The notes beneath the pieces were generated by a model. The model had not been told where the DNA came from, searched no databases, and saw nothing but the letters and a program-made list of their open reading frames with translations. DNA of 64,000 nucleotides, from positions 1,977 to 65,976 of the forward strand of contig JAJYQN010000117.1 in the NCBI GenBank assembly GCA_021794595.1. Reading direction: 5' to 3'. The position numbers and the translations under genes were made by a program. Below, in pieces: positions 18,802 through 28,450 of the stretch. Origin of the DNA: Pseudomonadota bacterium. GTDB lineage: Bacteria; Pseudomonadota; Gammaproteobacteria; Acidiferrobacterales; Acidiferrobacteraceae. Positions within the stretch are counted from its first letter, which is position 1; every line of letters starts with the position of its first letter.

Positions 18802-21800
18802 CGTTTACGGCCTGGATACAACGGCACCGCAGGTCGCTACTTTTCCTTTTGGCCTTGCTGGTATTGGGCGGCGTGTTCGCAAGCCCGCGCTTGCCGGTTG
18901 CGCTCTTTCCGCATGTGGCGTTTCCGCGCGTCGAAATCTACGCGACCGCTGGCGACCGGCCGGCGAAGCGCATGTTGATTCAAGTGACCTATCCGGTGGA
19001 AGAGGCGCTACGGGGTATCCCAGGGGTGGTCGGCGTGCGGTCGACGACCAGCCGCGGCAGCGCCGATTTTTACATCAATTTCCGCTGGGGCGAGGACATG
19101 ACGACGGCGACGCTCGAGGTCCAGGCGGCGATCGCCGAGGTCGACCGGCAGCTGCCGGCCGATGCCAGTCTTGTCGTGCGACGTATGCGCCCCACGGTCT
19201 TTCGCATGTTGGCCTACACCTTTACCTCGCGGCGCGTGTCGCAAGTGGCGCTTCGCGATATGGCACGCTATCGTTTGCGCCCGCTCTTGTCTTCGATCCC
19301 GGGGGTCGCTCGGGTCGGAATTCTCGGCGGGCGCACCGAAGAGTACCGGGTCACGGTTGACCCCGCACGGCTCGCCGAGTATGGACTCACGATAGGCGAT
19401 GTCGGGCGGGCGCTCTCGGCCAGCAACGTCCTAAAGACAGTAGGCCACCTCCAGGAAAATTATCGGTTCTATCTCGTGATCTCCGATACCCGCTTGCACC
19501 GCTTGCAGGATATCAAGCGCACGGTGTTGCGTTCCGGGGGCAATGGCATCGTGCGCCTAGACGAGGTGGCGACGGTGGCGCGGGCCTTGAAGCCGCAATG
19601 GACGCAAGTGGTGGCCGACGGGCAACCGGCGGTGAGCGTGCAGATTTATCAGCAGCCACGGGGTAATACCGTTGCCATTACCCGCGCTGTGAAGAAGGTG
19701 CTGCATCGATTTGAACGCCAATTACCGCCGGGCGTCCATGTCCAGAAATGGTATGACCAGAGCACCTTGATTCAGTCGGCCGCTAAAAGCGTGCGTGACG
19801 CGGTCCTGGTCGGGGCGCTGCTCGCGGCCTTGGTCCTGCTCGCATTTCTGCGCAACCTTCGCGTTACCCTAATCGCGCTCATTGCCGTGCCGAGCGTCTT
19901 GGCGGCCACGGTCTTGCTGCTCTTCGTGCTCCACATGAGCTTCAATATCATGACCTTGGGCGGCATGGCGGCCTCGGTCGGGCTCATTATCGACGACATG
20001 ATCGTCATGCTCGAGCACATCATGCGCCGACTGCGCTCGCGGGACCGGGGGCCGACCACCGATCGGGTGATGGGCGCGGTGCGGGAATTCACGAGGCCGC
20101 TCGTAGGCTCGTCTATGTCGACTGTGATTATTTTTGCGCCGCTTGCCTTCCTGTCCGGAGTGACCGGGGCGTTTTTTCGGGCGCTGTCTTTGACGATGGC
20201 GGCGAGCCTTATCATTTCGTTTTTTGTGGCCTGGCTCGCGGTACCGATTTTGGCTGACCACTTCTTGCGGACCAAGGACTTCGAGGCTCAAGAAGAGGGG
20301 AGGAGGATGGCGCGCGTCCAGGCGCTTTACGAGCGCCTGATGGCGGCGGTGTTCGCGGCCCCGCGGCGCGCGGTTGTGGTTATTGCGATATTTCTGGTGC
20401 TGGGCACCCTCGGTTTTGTTATGACCGGCTCGGGTTTTATGCCTCCCATGGACGAAGGCGGATTTGTGTTGAACTATCGCGCTCCGGCCGGGACCTCGCT
20501 TAAGGAGACTGCCCGCCTGCTTGATCAGGTTGAGCGGATCTTATTAGCCAACCCGGCCGTGAAGACCTTTTCTTTGCGGACGGGCCTCCAGCTTGGCGGG
20601 GGTATCACCGGAACCAACGAAGGGGATTTCTTCGTATTGCTGGGATCACATCCGCGGCCTTCGGTTTGGCGCATTATGGCGAGCGTGCGGCGCAAAATCG
20701 CGGCCTCGGTCCCAGGCCTTAAGATGAGTACCGACCAGCCTATGCAGGATTTGATCGGTGATCTTACGGGCGCGCCGCAACCAGTCGAGATCAAGGTCTT
20801 CTCGGGCAACGGCCGCTTGTTACGGCGCTTGGGTCCGATGATCGCCGCCAAGCTTCGTCGGATCCGCGGTATCGTGAACGTGCGCGACGGTATCGTGTAT
20901 GCGGGAAGCGCGATCGATATCCGGGTGAGCCGCGCGCGGGCCGCCATCGAGGGCGTCTACCCGCGCAGCGTCACACATCAGCTGAACGCCTATCTCAACG
21001 GCGTCGTAGCGACCCACGTCCAGCGCGGCGTGCGCATGATCGGGGTGCGGGTGTGGGTGCCACGGCCCTTGCGCCATTCCTTACGCGCTATCCGTAACTT
21101 GCGGCTGCGCGCCGCCAATGGCCGACTCTTTCCGTTGCGCGCCGTGGCCACAGTCAGCCTTTCGAACGGCCAGCCCGAGATCATACGCGACAATCTAAAG
21201 CGCATGATCCCGATAACCGGGCGTATTGCCGGACGGAGCCTGGGCGGGGTCATGCACGACGTCAAACGGCTTATCGATGCGCCGCATTTTCTGCCCCCTG
21301 GGGTCTATGCGAGCCTGGGGGGCCTTTATGTCCAACAACAGATCGCCTTTGCGGGACTCCTGGGCGTGTTCGTGGCGGCCGTGGCGCTAGTCTTTTTGCT
21401 GCTGCTGTTCTTGTATGAACGCTTTTTGGTGGCCTTGGCGATCATGGGGACCACCTTGCTTGCGATCGCTGCCGTCTTTATCGGGCTCTGGGTGACCGGC
21501 ACCGAAATCGATATCTCATCTATGATGGGGATGACGATGGTGGTCGGCATTGTGACCGAGGTATCGATCTTCTATTATTCCGAGTATCAGGAGATAGATC
21601 TTGGGCTGCCGGTGGCCGCGCGCCTAATGGCGGCCGGTAAGAACCGCCTGCGGCCTATTGCCATGACCACCTTGGCGGCCATTCTTGCCCTTTTGCCGCT
21701 CGCGACCGGCTGGGGACAAGGGTCAGCCATGCAGCAGCCCCTCGCTATCGCGATTATCGCGGGGCTCTTGGTGCAGCTGCCGCTCGCGCTCGTGGTGCTG

Positions 21801-21851
21801 CCACTCTTCCTTTTGGTCGCGGGCCGCATCCGTCCGTCAGATGGGCAATAA
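18798..21851 (+). CDS. RND efflux permease, CzcA/CusA (heavy-metal efflux) type
   Basis: 1017 aa with the 12-TM AcrB/CzcA architecture. The gene order OMF-MFP-RND is typical of czcCBA-like operons. Confidence 0.92.
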   Translation: MTFTAWIQRHRRSLLFLLALLVLGGVFASPRLPVALFPHVAFPRVEIYATAGDRPAKRMLIQVTYPVEEALRGIPGVVGVRSTTSRGSADFYINFRWGEDMTTATLEVQAAIAEVDRQLPADASLVVRRMRPTVFRMLAYTFTSRRVSQVALRDMARYRLRPLLSSIPGVARVGILGGRTEEYRVTVDPARLAEYGLTIGDVGRALSASNVLKTVGHLQENYRFYLVISDTRLHRLQDIKRTVLRSGGNGIVRLDEVATVARALKPQWTQVVADGQPAVSVQIYQQPRGNTVAITRAVKKVLHRFERQLPPGVHVQKWYDQSTLIQSAAKSVRDAVLVGALLAALVLLAFLRNLRVTLIALIAVPSVLAATVLLLFVLHMSFNIMTLGGMAASVGLIIDDMIVMLEHIMRRLRSRDRGPTTDRVMGAVREFTRPLVGSSMSTVIIFAPLAFLSGVTGAFFRALSLTMAASLIISFFVAWLAVPILADHFLRTKDFEAQEEGRRMARVQALYERLMAAVFAAPRRAVVVIAIFLVLGTLGFVMTGSGFMPPMDEGGFVLNYRAPAGTSLKETARLLDQVERILLANPAVKTFSLRTGLQLGGGITGTNEGDFFVLLGSHPRPSVWRIMASVRRKIAASVPGLKMSTDQPMQDLIGDLTGAPQPVEIKVFSGNGRLLRRLGPMIAAKLRRIRGIVNVRDGIVYAGSAIDIRVSRARAAIEGVYPRSVTHQLNAYLNGVVATHVQRGVRMIGVRVWVPRPLRHSLRAIRNLRLRAANGRLFPLRAVATVSLSNGQPEIIRDNLKRMIPITGRIAGRSLGGVMHDVKRLIDAPHFLPPGVYASLGGLYVQQQIAFAGLLGVFVAAVALVFLLLLFLYERFLVALAIMGTTLLAIAAVFIGLWVTGTEIDISSMMGMTMVVGIVTEVSIFYYSEYQEIDLGLPVAARLMAAGKNRLRPIAMTTLAAILALLPLATGWGQGSAMQQPLAIAIIAGLLVQLPLALVVLPLFLLVAGRIRPSDGQ

Positions 21852-21872
21852 AAAACCCGGCAAGGCCGGGTT
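21847..21872 (-). terminator. rho-independent terminator of cspD (hairpin CCCGGC/GCCGGG followed by a T-run on the minus strand)
   Basis: The minus strand reads AACCCGGCCTTGCCGGGTTTTTTATT, 29 nt after the cspD stop. The T-run overlaps the RND stop codon. It may also act weakly in the plus direction. Confidence 0.6.
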
Positions 21873-21900
21873 CAAGCTGCTAATATGGTGACAGTGGATT

Positions 21901-22104
21901 TTAGAGGGGGCGTATATTGGATGCCTGCGGTCCTTTGGGTCCGTGCTGGACCTCGAACTCGACATCCTGGCCTTCTTTTAGGGTCTTATAGCCTTCCATC
22001 TGAATTGCGGAAAAGTGGGCGAACACATCATCTCCACCCGTGCTCGGCGAAATGAAACCGTAACCTTTGCTTGCATTGAACCACTTCACAGTACCTGTTG
22101 CCAT
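21901..22104 (-). CDS. cspD: cold-shock domain protein, CspD-like
   Basis: [12 protein letters not shown] (RNP1) and VFAHFS (RNP2). It resembles E. coli CspD and is divergent from clpS, as in E. coli. Confidence 0.88.
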   Translation of the reverse strand: MATGTVKWFNASKGYGFISPSTGGDDVFAHFSAIQMEGYKTLKEGQDVEFEVQHGPKGPQASNIRPL

Positions 22105-22350
22105 CCGAGATCCCCCTACTGGTGTCGTGCAGCCCGCGCCACGGCCATGCTTGAAGGCGGGTCATATTTTAGGTCATGCTTATATTCGGGCGGTGGTGCG
22201 AGCCCAGCACTATCTTGCGTATTTCCCTTGTCAAGTCAAGACGGGGAGATCCGGCGGTTTTGTGCCTAGACGCGGGGCCCGGATCGGACGACAATTTCCG
22301 TCACGATCAGGGTTTCTCGGGAGGTTCGGTGCGAGTGGTGGGGGCATGTA

Positions 22351-22668
22351 ATGGCCGTTAGACAGCCGCATTACCACGATGATCTGGATGTCAAGGAGGC
22401 CAAGCCGAAAGTCGCTTTGCCGCCTTTGTATAAGGTTATTATCCTAAACGACGATTATACTCCTATGGAGTTCGTGGTTCTTGTGCTGGAGCGTTTCTTT
22501 GCTAAGAACCGAGAAGAGGCGACTCGCATCATGTTGCACGTTCATCAGCGCGGTGTGGGGGTCTGCGGAGTATATACAAGGGAAGTTGCCGAGACTAAAG
22601 TAAGACAAGTGACAATTTTTTCCGGTGAGAATCAGCACCCGCTGCAGTGCACGCTGGAGCCTGAGTAG
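22351..22668 (+). CDS. clpS: ATP-dependent Clp protease adaptor ClpS
   Basis: [27 protein letters not shown]...[17 protein letters not shown] is canonical ClpS. Confidence 0.93.
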   Translation: MAVRQPHYHDDLDVKEAKPKVALPPLYKVIILNDDYTPMEFVVLVLERFFAKNREEATRIMLHVHQRGVGVCGVYTREVAETKVRQVTIFSGENQHPLQCTLEPE

Positions 22669-22704
22669 GGGCGGTCCTTACGCAATTTGGAGGTGTTCCT
22701 TTCC

Positions 22705-24966
22705 ATGTTATCCCAGGAACTCGAATTTTCTCTCAATATGGCGTTTCAGGAAGCGCGTGAGAAACGCCATGAGTTCATCACTGTCGAGCATTTGCTGGCG
22801 GCGCTTCTCGATAATCCCAGCGCTGCGCGAGTTCTGCGAGCCTGCGGGGGGAACATCGACGAGTTGCGCCGAAACCTGACGGCCTTTCTGCGCGAGAATG
22901 TCCCGACCTTGGCCCCCGGTAGCGCCGTCGAGACTCAGCCGACACTCGGCTTCCAGCGGGTCATCCAGCGGGCCGTCCTTCATGTGCAAGGGGTCGGAAA
23001 GAAGGAGGTTACGGGCGCAAACGTGCTTGTGGCGATTTTTAGCGAGAAGGAATCGCACGCCGTCTATTTTCTCCAGAAGCAGAATATAACCCGCTTTGAC
23101 GTCGTTAATTACATTTCGCACGGCATCTCCAAAGTGCCGGGCGAGGGTCACGAGCTATCGGCGTCGGAAGACGCTGAAGAGGGGGCAACGGCAGGTGAGC
23201 GCGGGGCGCTCGATGTCTTTGCCGTCAACCTCAATGAGCAGGCACGGCTTGGGAAGATCGATCCTTTAATCGGTCGCGATCATGAAATGGAGCGTACGAT
23301 CCAGATTCTCTGTCGGCGCCGCAAGAACAACCCGCTTTATGTCGGAGAGGCGGGGGTCGGGAAGACCGCCATTGCGGAAGGTCTCGCCAAGAAGATCGTC
23401 GATGGCGAGGTGCCGGAGGTTTTAGCGCACAGCACGCTCTATGCGCTTGATATGGGCGCACTTTTGGCTGGCACTAAATATCGCGGCGACTTCGAGAAGC
23501 GCTTGAAAGCGGTTATCTCGCATCTGAAAAAGCACGAGAATGCGATTCTTTTTATCGATGAGATCCACACCATTATTGGGGCCGGTGCGGCATCCGGCGG
23601 GGCGATGGACGCCTCGAATCTCCTAAAGCCCGCCTTGGCTTCGGGCGAACTGAAGTGTATCGGCTCTACCACCTATCAGGAATACCGCGGGATCTTCGAG
23701 AAGGACAGGGCCTTGGCGCGTCGCTTCCAGAAGATCGACGTACCGGAGCCATCGGTGGAAGAAGCGGTCCTTATTTTGCGCGGCTTGAAGGGGCACTTCG
23801 AGAAGCATCACGGGGTGCGCTACACCCAACAGGCGTTGCGGACTGCGGTAGAGCTCTCGAGTCGCTACATCGGAGACCGACATTTACCGGACAAGGCGAT
23901 CGACGTGATCGACGAGGCCGGCGCGAGCGTGCACCTGAGTGCGCCGAGCAAGCGCAAGAAGACCATCGGCGTGCCCGAGATCGAAGAGATCGTTGCGCGT
24001 ATCGCGCGTATCCCCCAAAAGCACGTCTCGAGCTCAGACCGCGAGGCGCTGAGGAATCTGGAACGCGACCTAAAACTCGTCGTCTTCGGTCAGGATGCCG
24101 CCGTGGACGCTTTGGCGGCCTCGATCAAGATGGCGCGTTCGGGGCTGCGCGAAGGCGAAAAGCCAATCGGCTCCTATCTGTTTTCGGGGCCCACCGGGGT
24201 CGGCAAGACCGAGGTGACGCGCCAGCTCGCCTACATTTTGGGTCTTCAGTTGATCCGCTTTGATATGTCCGAGTACATGGAGCGGCACACGGTCTCGCGG
24301 CTGATCGGTGCCCCCCCCGGTTACGTGGGCTTCGATCAGGGCGGGCTTTTGACGGATGCGGTGAGCAAACACCCTCACTGCGTGCTGTTGCTAGACGAGA
24401 TCGAAAAGGCACACTCGGGCGTGTTCAATCTGCTGTTGCAGGTAATGGATCACGGGACACTCACCGACAATAACGGTCGCAAGGCCGACTTTCGACACGT
24501 CATTATCGTCATGACTACGAACGCCGGCGCCGAACAGATGGGGCGTAATAACATGGGCTTTATGCCGTCCGATCGGGTGGGGGAGGAATTTGCGGCCATC
24601 AAGCAGACCTTTACCCCGGAATTTCGGAATCGCCTCGATGCGATCATCAGCTTCGGGGCCCTGTCCCCGGCGACAATCGCCCATGTTGTCGACAAGTTTG
24701 TGGTCGAACTCGAGGGCCAATTGGAGGAGAAGGGAGTGACGATCGAGATCGAGCCGTCGGCGCGCATATGGCTTGCGCATCATGGTTACGATGTGGCGAT
24801 GGGCGCGCGACCCATGGCGCGCATTATCCAAGATCGCATCAAGAAGCCGCTAGCCAACGAGCTTTTGTTCGGACGCCTGGCGAACGGCGGCAGCGTGTCT
24901 GTTCGGGAAGAGAATGACGAACTCGTGTTCGACTATGCCGAAAAGCCCGTGGACGTCCAAGAGTAA
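22705..24966 (+). CDS. clpA: ATP-dependent Clp protease ATP-binding subunit ClpA
   Basis: Clp_N repeat and two AAA+ modules (GEAGVGKT and GPTGVGKT Walker A). ATG 22705 (MLSQELEFSL...) is preceded by GGAGG. Confidence 0.95.
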   Translation: MLSQELEFSLNMAFQEAREKRHEFITVEHLLAALLDNPSAARVLRACGGNIDELRRNLTAFLRENVPTLAPGSAVETQPTLGFQRVIQRAVLHVQGVGKKEVTGANVLVAIFSEKESHAVYFLQKQNITRFDVVNYISHGISKVPGEGHELSASEDAEEGATAGERGALDVFAVNLNEQARLGKIDPLIGRDHEMERTIQILCRRRKNNPLYVGEAGVGKTAIAEGLAKKIVDGEVPEVLAHSTLYALDMGALLAGTKYRGDFEKRLKAVISHLKKHENAILFIDEIHTIIGAGAASGGAMDASNLLKPALASGELKCIGSTTYQEYRGIFEKDRALARRFQKIDVPEPSVEEAVLILRGLKGHFEKHHGVRYTQQALRTAVELSSRYIGDRHLPDKAIDVIDEAGASVHLSAPSKRKKTIGVPEIEEIVARIARIPQKHVSSSDREALRNLERDLKLVVFGQDAAVDALAASIKMARSGLREGEKPIGSYLFSGPTGVGKTEVTRQLAYILGLQLIRFDMSEYMERHTVSRLIGAPPGYVGFDQGGLLTDAVSKHPHCVLLLDEIEKAHSGVFNLLLQVMDHGTLTDNNGRKADFRHVIIVMTTNAGAEQMGRNNMGFMPSDRVGEEFAAIKQTFTPEFRNRLDAIISFGALSPATIAHVVDKFVVELEGQLEEKGVTIEIEPSARIWLAHHGYDVAMGARPMARIIQDRIKKPLANELLFGRLANGGSVSVREENDELVFDYAEKPVDVQE

Positions 24967-25084
24967 CGTTGTCCCGTTTCGGGGCCACGACCTGCGTGCT
25001 AGGAGCACGGGCCTCTACGCGTCTGGGCCGCTCTACGAGAGGCTGCCGACGCGCGATGAAAGTGGGCACCTGCTGAGCGATTTT

Positions 25085-25318
25085 ATGATGTTGTTCCCAG
25101 GATTGCGGGAGCGGCCGGGCGGCGAGTGTCGCGAGCGCGTGGCGCGCGTCAACGCGATCCTAAAGGGGTTCCCGGAGGTGGTGTTCGCGGACATCAACCT
25201 CAAACTCAATCTTCTGTGGGTCAGTGTCCGAGCCCGCCCGGGCGTGATTCTCGATATCGCCTGCTGCCTGAAGTTCCATATGCCGGAGGCGTTACTGGTG
25301 GCCCCCCGCTATGCCTAG
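25085..25318 (+). CDS. hypothetical protein (start uncertain)
   Basis: High third-position GC in the frame that runs out of the clpA 3' end. It is the only ORF filling the clpA-infA gap. I see no SD and recognise no family. Confidence 0.3.
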   Translation: MMLFPGLRERPGGECRERVARVNAILKGFPEVVFADINLKLNLLWVSVRARPGVILDIACCLKFHMPEALLVAPRYA

Positions 25319-25319
25319 C

Positions 25320-25538
25320 TTAGCGGGCGCGAAAGACGATGCGCCCTTTGGTGAGATCGTAGGGGGTGAGTTGGACCGTCACTTTGTCGCCGGTCAGGAT
25401 GCGGATATAGTTCTTCCGCATTTTGCCGGAGATGTGGGCCGTAACCACATGGCCATTGTCTAACTTGACGCGAAACAGCGTATTTGGCAAGGTATCGATA
25501 ATCGTACCTTCCATTTCGATATGTTCTTCTTTAGACAC
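25320..25538 (-). CDS. infA: translation initiation factor IF-1
   Basis: 72 aa: [55 protein letters not shown], canonical IF-1. Confidence 0.96.
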   Translation of the reverse strand: MSKEEHIEMEGTIIDTLPNTLFRVKLDNGHVVTAHISGKMRKNYIRILTGDKVTVQLTPYDLTKGRIVFRAR

Positions 25539-25662
25539 TCTCGAGCTCCCAGGGAAGGCGTGTATGATGCACGAAGGTTGGGGTCCCGTAAAGACATTTA
25601 GGTCTCTTGTCGGGCACGGGTAAATATCCCCGTGCAGAGTGGGGCTTTAGTGTGTGAGCCGC

Positions 25663-25904
25663 TCAAAGTGGCCATGGGGGTCGCTCACGCGCCGCCGGCT
25701 CGTGGGGGCGATCAACGCCATTTTGGGCTAGGCGCTGATTTTCTTGCTCTTGGTTTCTGATGGGCTCCCGGATGGCGGTCTCAGTGCGCCCGACCGTGGA
25801 GACAAGGTATCCTCGGGCCTAGAAGTGTCATCCCCGAAGCTCCGCTCCCCGTACACGCGTGCCAGACGAAGGGCGCCCTGGCCGTTAATATTCTAAACCA
25901 TCTA
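25663..25904 (-). mobile_element. IS200/IS605-type tnpA (Y1 transposase) remnant, C-terminal part
   Basis: The minus-strand translation reads HF*ARGYLVSTVGRTETAIREPIRNQEQENQRLAQ. This resembles the IS200 TnpA C-terminus as I remember it (FWCRGYYVDTVGKNTAKIQDYIKHQLEEDKMGEQL). It contains in-frame stops and is cut at 25905 by the IS630 insertion. Confidence 0.6.
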
Positions 25905-25906
25905 TA

Positions 25907-26989
25907 AGTCATACCGCAGACGTTATAACTCGGGTATGAAATGCGAGAAGACCATTGACGCGCGGAAGTTCTCCCATCAGGCGCTAGAAGAGATGCGGGT
26001 ATCGGCTGTGGCGCGAGTCGAGACCGGCGAGAGCCCGGAACGGATCGCCGAAGGCCTCGGAATCAATCGACGGACGATCTACCGCTGGCTCTCCACCCAC
26101 CATTACGGCGGCGTGGAGGCGATCAGGGCAAAGCCGATCCCGGGAGCCCCGGCCAAGGTCGACGCGAAACAGATGGCGCGGCTGTCGCGAATCATCCGGG
26201 AGAAAAATCCCCTCCAGCTGAAACGCGAATACGCCCTTTGGACGGGGCCCATGATCCGTGAGTTGATCCGGCGCAAATTCAACGGGCATTTGAGCGAGGT
26301 GTCGGTCGGCCGGTGGATGAAAAGGATCGGCTTTAGCAAAGAGCGGCCTCTGTACCGGGCCTAGTAGGAGGATTTGGCGCAGGTCGACCGCTGGCGCGAG
26401 AAGGACTGTCCACGGACTGCCGCGCGCGCCAGACGGGAAGGGGCGCTGATCTTCTTCGCTGACGAATCCGGGATCCGTTCCGACACCCACACGGGCACGA
26501 CCTGGGCGCCAGTCGGGGAGACGCCGATCGTTCAGGCAACAGGAGCCCGCTTCTCGCTGAACAGGCTTTCCGCGGTCAACGCGCAAGGAGGCCTTCGGTT
26601 CATGACGGTCGAGGGACGGGTTACCGCCCGGTCTTCCCCGACTTCCTCTCGCGCCTGATCACCGGTGTCGATCGCAAGATCTTCCTGATCGTCGACGGAC
26701 ATCCGATCCACAAGGCAAGGCTCGTGCGGACCTTCGTCGAAGACAACCGCGATCGGATCGAGTTGTTTTTCCTTTCGCCCTACGCGCCGGAGCTGAACCC
26801 AGACGAACTGCCGTGGGCGCATGTCAAGGCGAAAATCGCCAAAGCGATAGTCCAGACAAAGGATGGGTTAAAAGACGTAATTCATCGTGCCATGTGCCGA
26901 CTACAGAAGATGCCAGCGATTGTAGCCAGTTTCTTCCGCGCTCCGACTTGCCAATATGTCATGTCACGAGTTTTTACTTACGAATGACT
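25907..26989 (+). mobile_element. IS630-family insertion sequence (1083 bp) flanked by a TA target duplication
   Basis: The ends AGTCAT... (25907) and ...ATGACT (26989) are inverted. A second shared block AACTCG lies 20-25 nt in. TA is present at 25905-6 and at 26990-1. The element carries a DDE transposase with HTH. Confidence 0.72.
25936..26987 (+). pseudogene. IS630-family DDE transposase, disrupted (tandem TAG TAG at 26362-26367 and a frameshift near 26629)
   Basis: Three track ORFs join into one transposase: an HTH N-terminus, FFADESG (D), IVDGHPIHK (D) and LNPDE (E). ORF1 and ORF2 are in the same frame, separated only by TAG TAG. ORF3 is shifted by 2 nt after VEGRVTA. Confidence 0.8.
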
Positions 26990-26991
26990 TA

Positions 26992-27140
26992 GTAGCTCAG
27001 GCTGGTGAGGCGACTCTGATGGGAGAGAGAGGAGGAGGGGACGGTGTGAATGGTCATTGGGTTGTCGGCCCGAGGCGCCTTCCAGGCCCGGTTCAGGCCC
27101 TTCAGGTACTTTATAAAATCTCATTCGGACATCTTTCTGT
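26992..27140 (-). mobile_element. IS200/IS605-type tnpA remnant, middle part (continuation across the IS630 insertion)
   Basis: The minus-strand translation reads YRKMSE*DFIKYLKG. This resembles IS200 TnpA PKMSVSSFMGYLKG. It is degenerate elsewhere and truncated at about 27140. Confidence 0.55.
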
Positions 27141-27186
27141 AAAAAAGACGCGGGTCGTGATGATGCCTTATGACGCGGCCCGCGTC
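27141..27186 (-). terminator. putative rho-independent terminator of the ompA-like gene
   Basis: On the minus strand, GACGCGGG (27186-27179) pairs with CCCGCGTC (27154-27147) and is followed by TTTTTT (27146-27141). The loop is large and holds an alternative inner palindrome. Confidence 0.5.
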
Positions 27187-27206
27187 GCAGTTCCTCTTAT
27201 AGAGCG

Positions 27207-28364
27207 TTAGTGGACCGTGATCTCAAAGAGGACGCGCATATTGGCGAGCGCGGCCTTCGATCTAAGGTGCGAAGGCCTGGACTCAAATTGTGCCGGCCGG
27301 GTATCCCCAAAGCCAATCGTCGTCAATCGATCGGCGGCAATACCCCCGTTGTCCATCAGGTACTCTTTGACGGCATGGGCTCGAGCGACGCTTAAGGCTT
27401 GGTTGTATTTGGTGGTACCGGCCGCCGATGTGTAGCCGGCCACCCGGAATTGATAGCCGGGGTTATGTTGCATGATGCGAATGTTGTGATCAAGGACGGC
27501 CTTGCCCTTAGGGGTCAGGGTTGCCTTGTTGTATTTAAAGTACACATCGCCGAGCTTGACTACCACTGGGACCGCGACCGCTTTGGGGTGGTGATACGCT
27601 GGGGTAACGGCGGCCGTTGGCGCGAGATAAGTACGGGTCTGCTGAGGTGTGTGGTGATGCTGGCCCCCGAAGCGATATACGAGACCCACGGAGATAAGGT
27701 CAACATCCCCGGTATTTCCGATGGCATCTTTAATACGATAGCGCTCCGCTTCGGTCCGCACGGCAAATCTTTGCGTGAGGGCGTATTGCAGTCCCACGCC
27801 ATATTTATAGTTGGCCTCCCGTTGGCTAACGTGTGAGGTGGGAGCTGTATAGGCGCCGGTGCCTGAGAACGTGTCGTGAGCATTGATATACGTAACCCCG
27901 ACCCGACCAAAAGCGGAAAATCTTTGCGTGATGGGGAGAATGCCTACGGCATCAATATTGAGGCCCTGAATCGCCATGCTGCCATTGGCGGTGCCCGTAG
28001 GTACCGTGCTCGCCGAATAGCCGACATCCCCGAGATTGAAGTAACCGCCCTCCACCGCAAAATAGCGGTTGAACTGGTAGCCCGCGAACAGTTTAAAGCC
28101 GGTGCCCTGGCTATCGTTACTTATGCTGCTGCTCGTAAACCCCTCACTTTGGAGGCGGCTTGTGATCTGGCCATCGGCAATTTTGGCGCGTGACTGGCCC
28201 ACGTTAGCCCCGGCGTACCAGCCCCGTGGCGCCGCTATGGCGAGAGGCGGTGCCATTACCGTGAGGATGCTGATTCCCATCGCGGTCAAAGCCTTGGTGT
28301 GGCGCACCTTGTTAAGAGTGTGTCGCGCGTTAACGAGATATTTATGTTTCATGGTGTTCTCCAA
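27207..28364 (-). CDS. OmpA family outer membrane protein (N-terminal beta-barrel + C-terminal OmpA-like peptidoglycan-binding domain)
   Basis: Signal peptide, alternating beta-strand pattern ending YRF, then FKYNKATLTP...RVAGYTSAAGTTKYNQALSVARAHAV..GFGDTRP. Confidence 0.85.
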   Translation of the reverse strand: MENTMKHKYLVNARHTLNKVRHTKALTAMGISILTVMAPPLAIAAPRGWYAGANVGQSRAKIADGQITSRLQSEGFTSSSISNDSQGTGFKLFAGYQFNRYFAVEGGYFNLGDVGYSASTVPTGTANGSMAIQGLNIDAVGILPITQRFSAFGRVGVTYINAHDTFSGTGAYTAPTSHVSQREANYKYGVGLQYALTQRFAVRTEAERYRIKDAIGNTGDVDLISVGLVYRFGGQHHHTPQQTRTYLAPTAAVTPAYHHPKAVAVPVVVKLGDVYFKYNKATLTPKGKAVLDHNIRIMQHNPGYQFRVAGYTSAAGTTKYNQALSVARAHAVKEYLMDNGGIAADRLTTIGFGDTRPAQFESRPSHLRSKAALANMRVLFEITVH

Positions 28365-28450
28365 AAAATCCCCCGGCGCGTTGCGCGCAACCGGGGTGTC
28401 GCATGTCGAGAAATGGATTATTTCGGCCTAACCTAAAGCGGCGTCCGCTT

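Noticed and set aside
26362-26367. Programmed readthrough or recoding at the TAG-TAG in the IS630 transposase
   Set aside because: I saw no slippery sequence or stimulatory structure. An additional frameshift downstream makes simple decay the more economical explanation. It is kept only as a low-interest finding.
25984-26586. 200-aa minus-strand ORF inside the IS630 element
   Set aside because: It is antisense to the clearly recognisable IS630 transposase frames.
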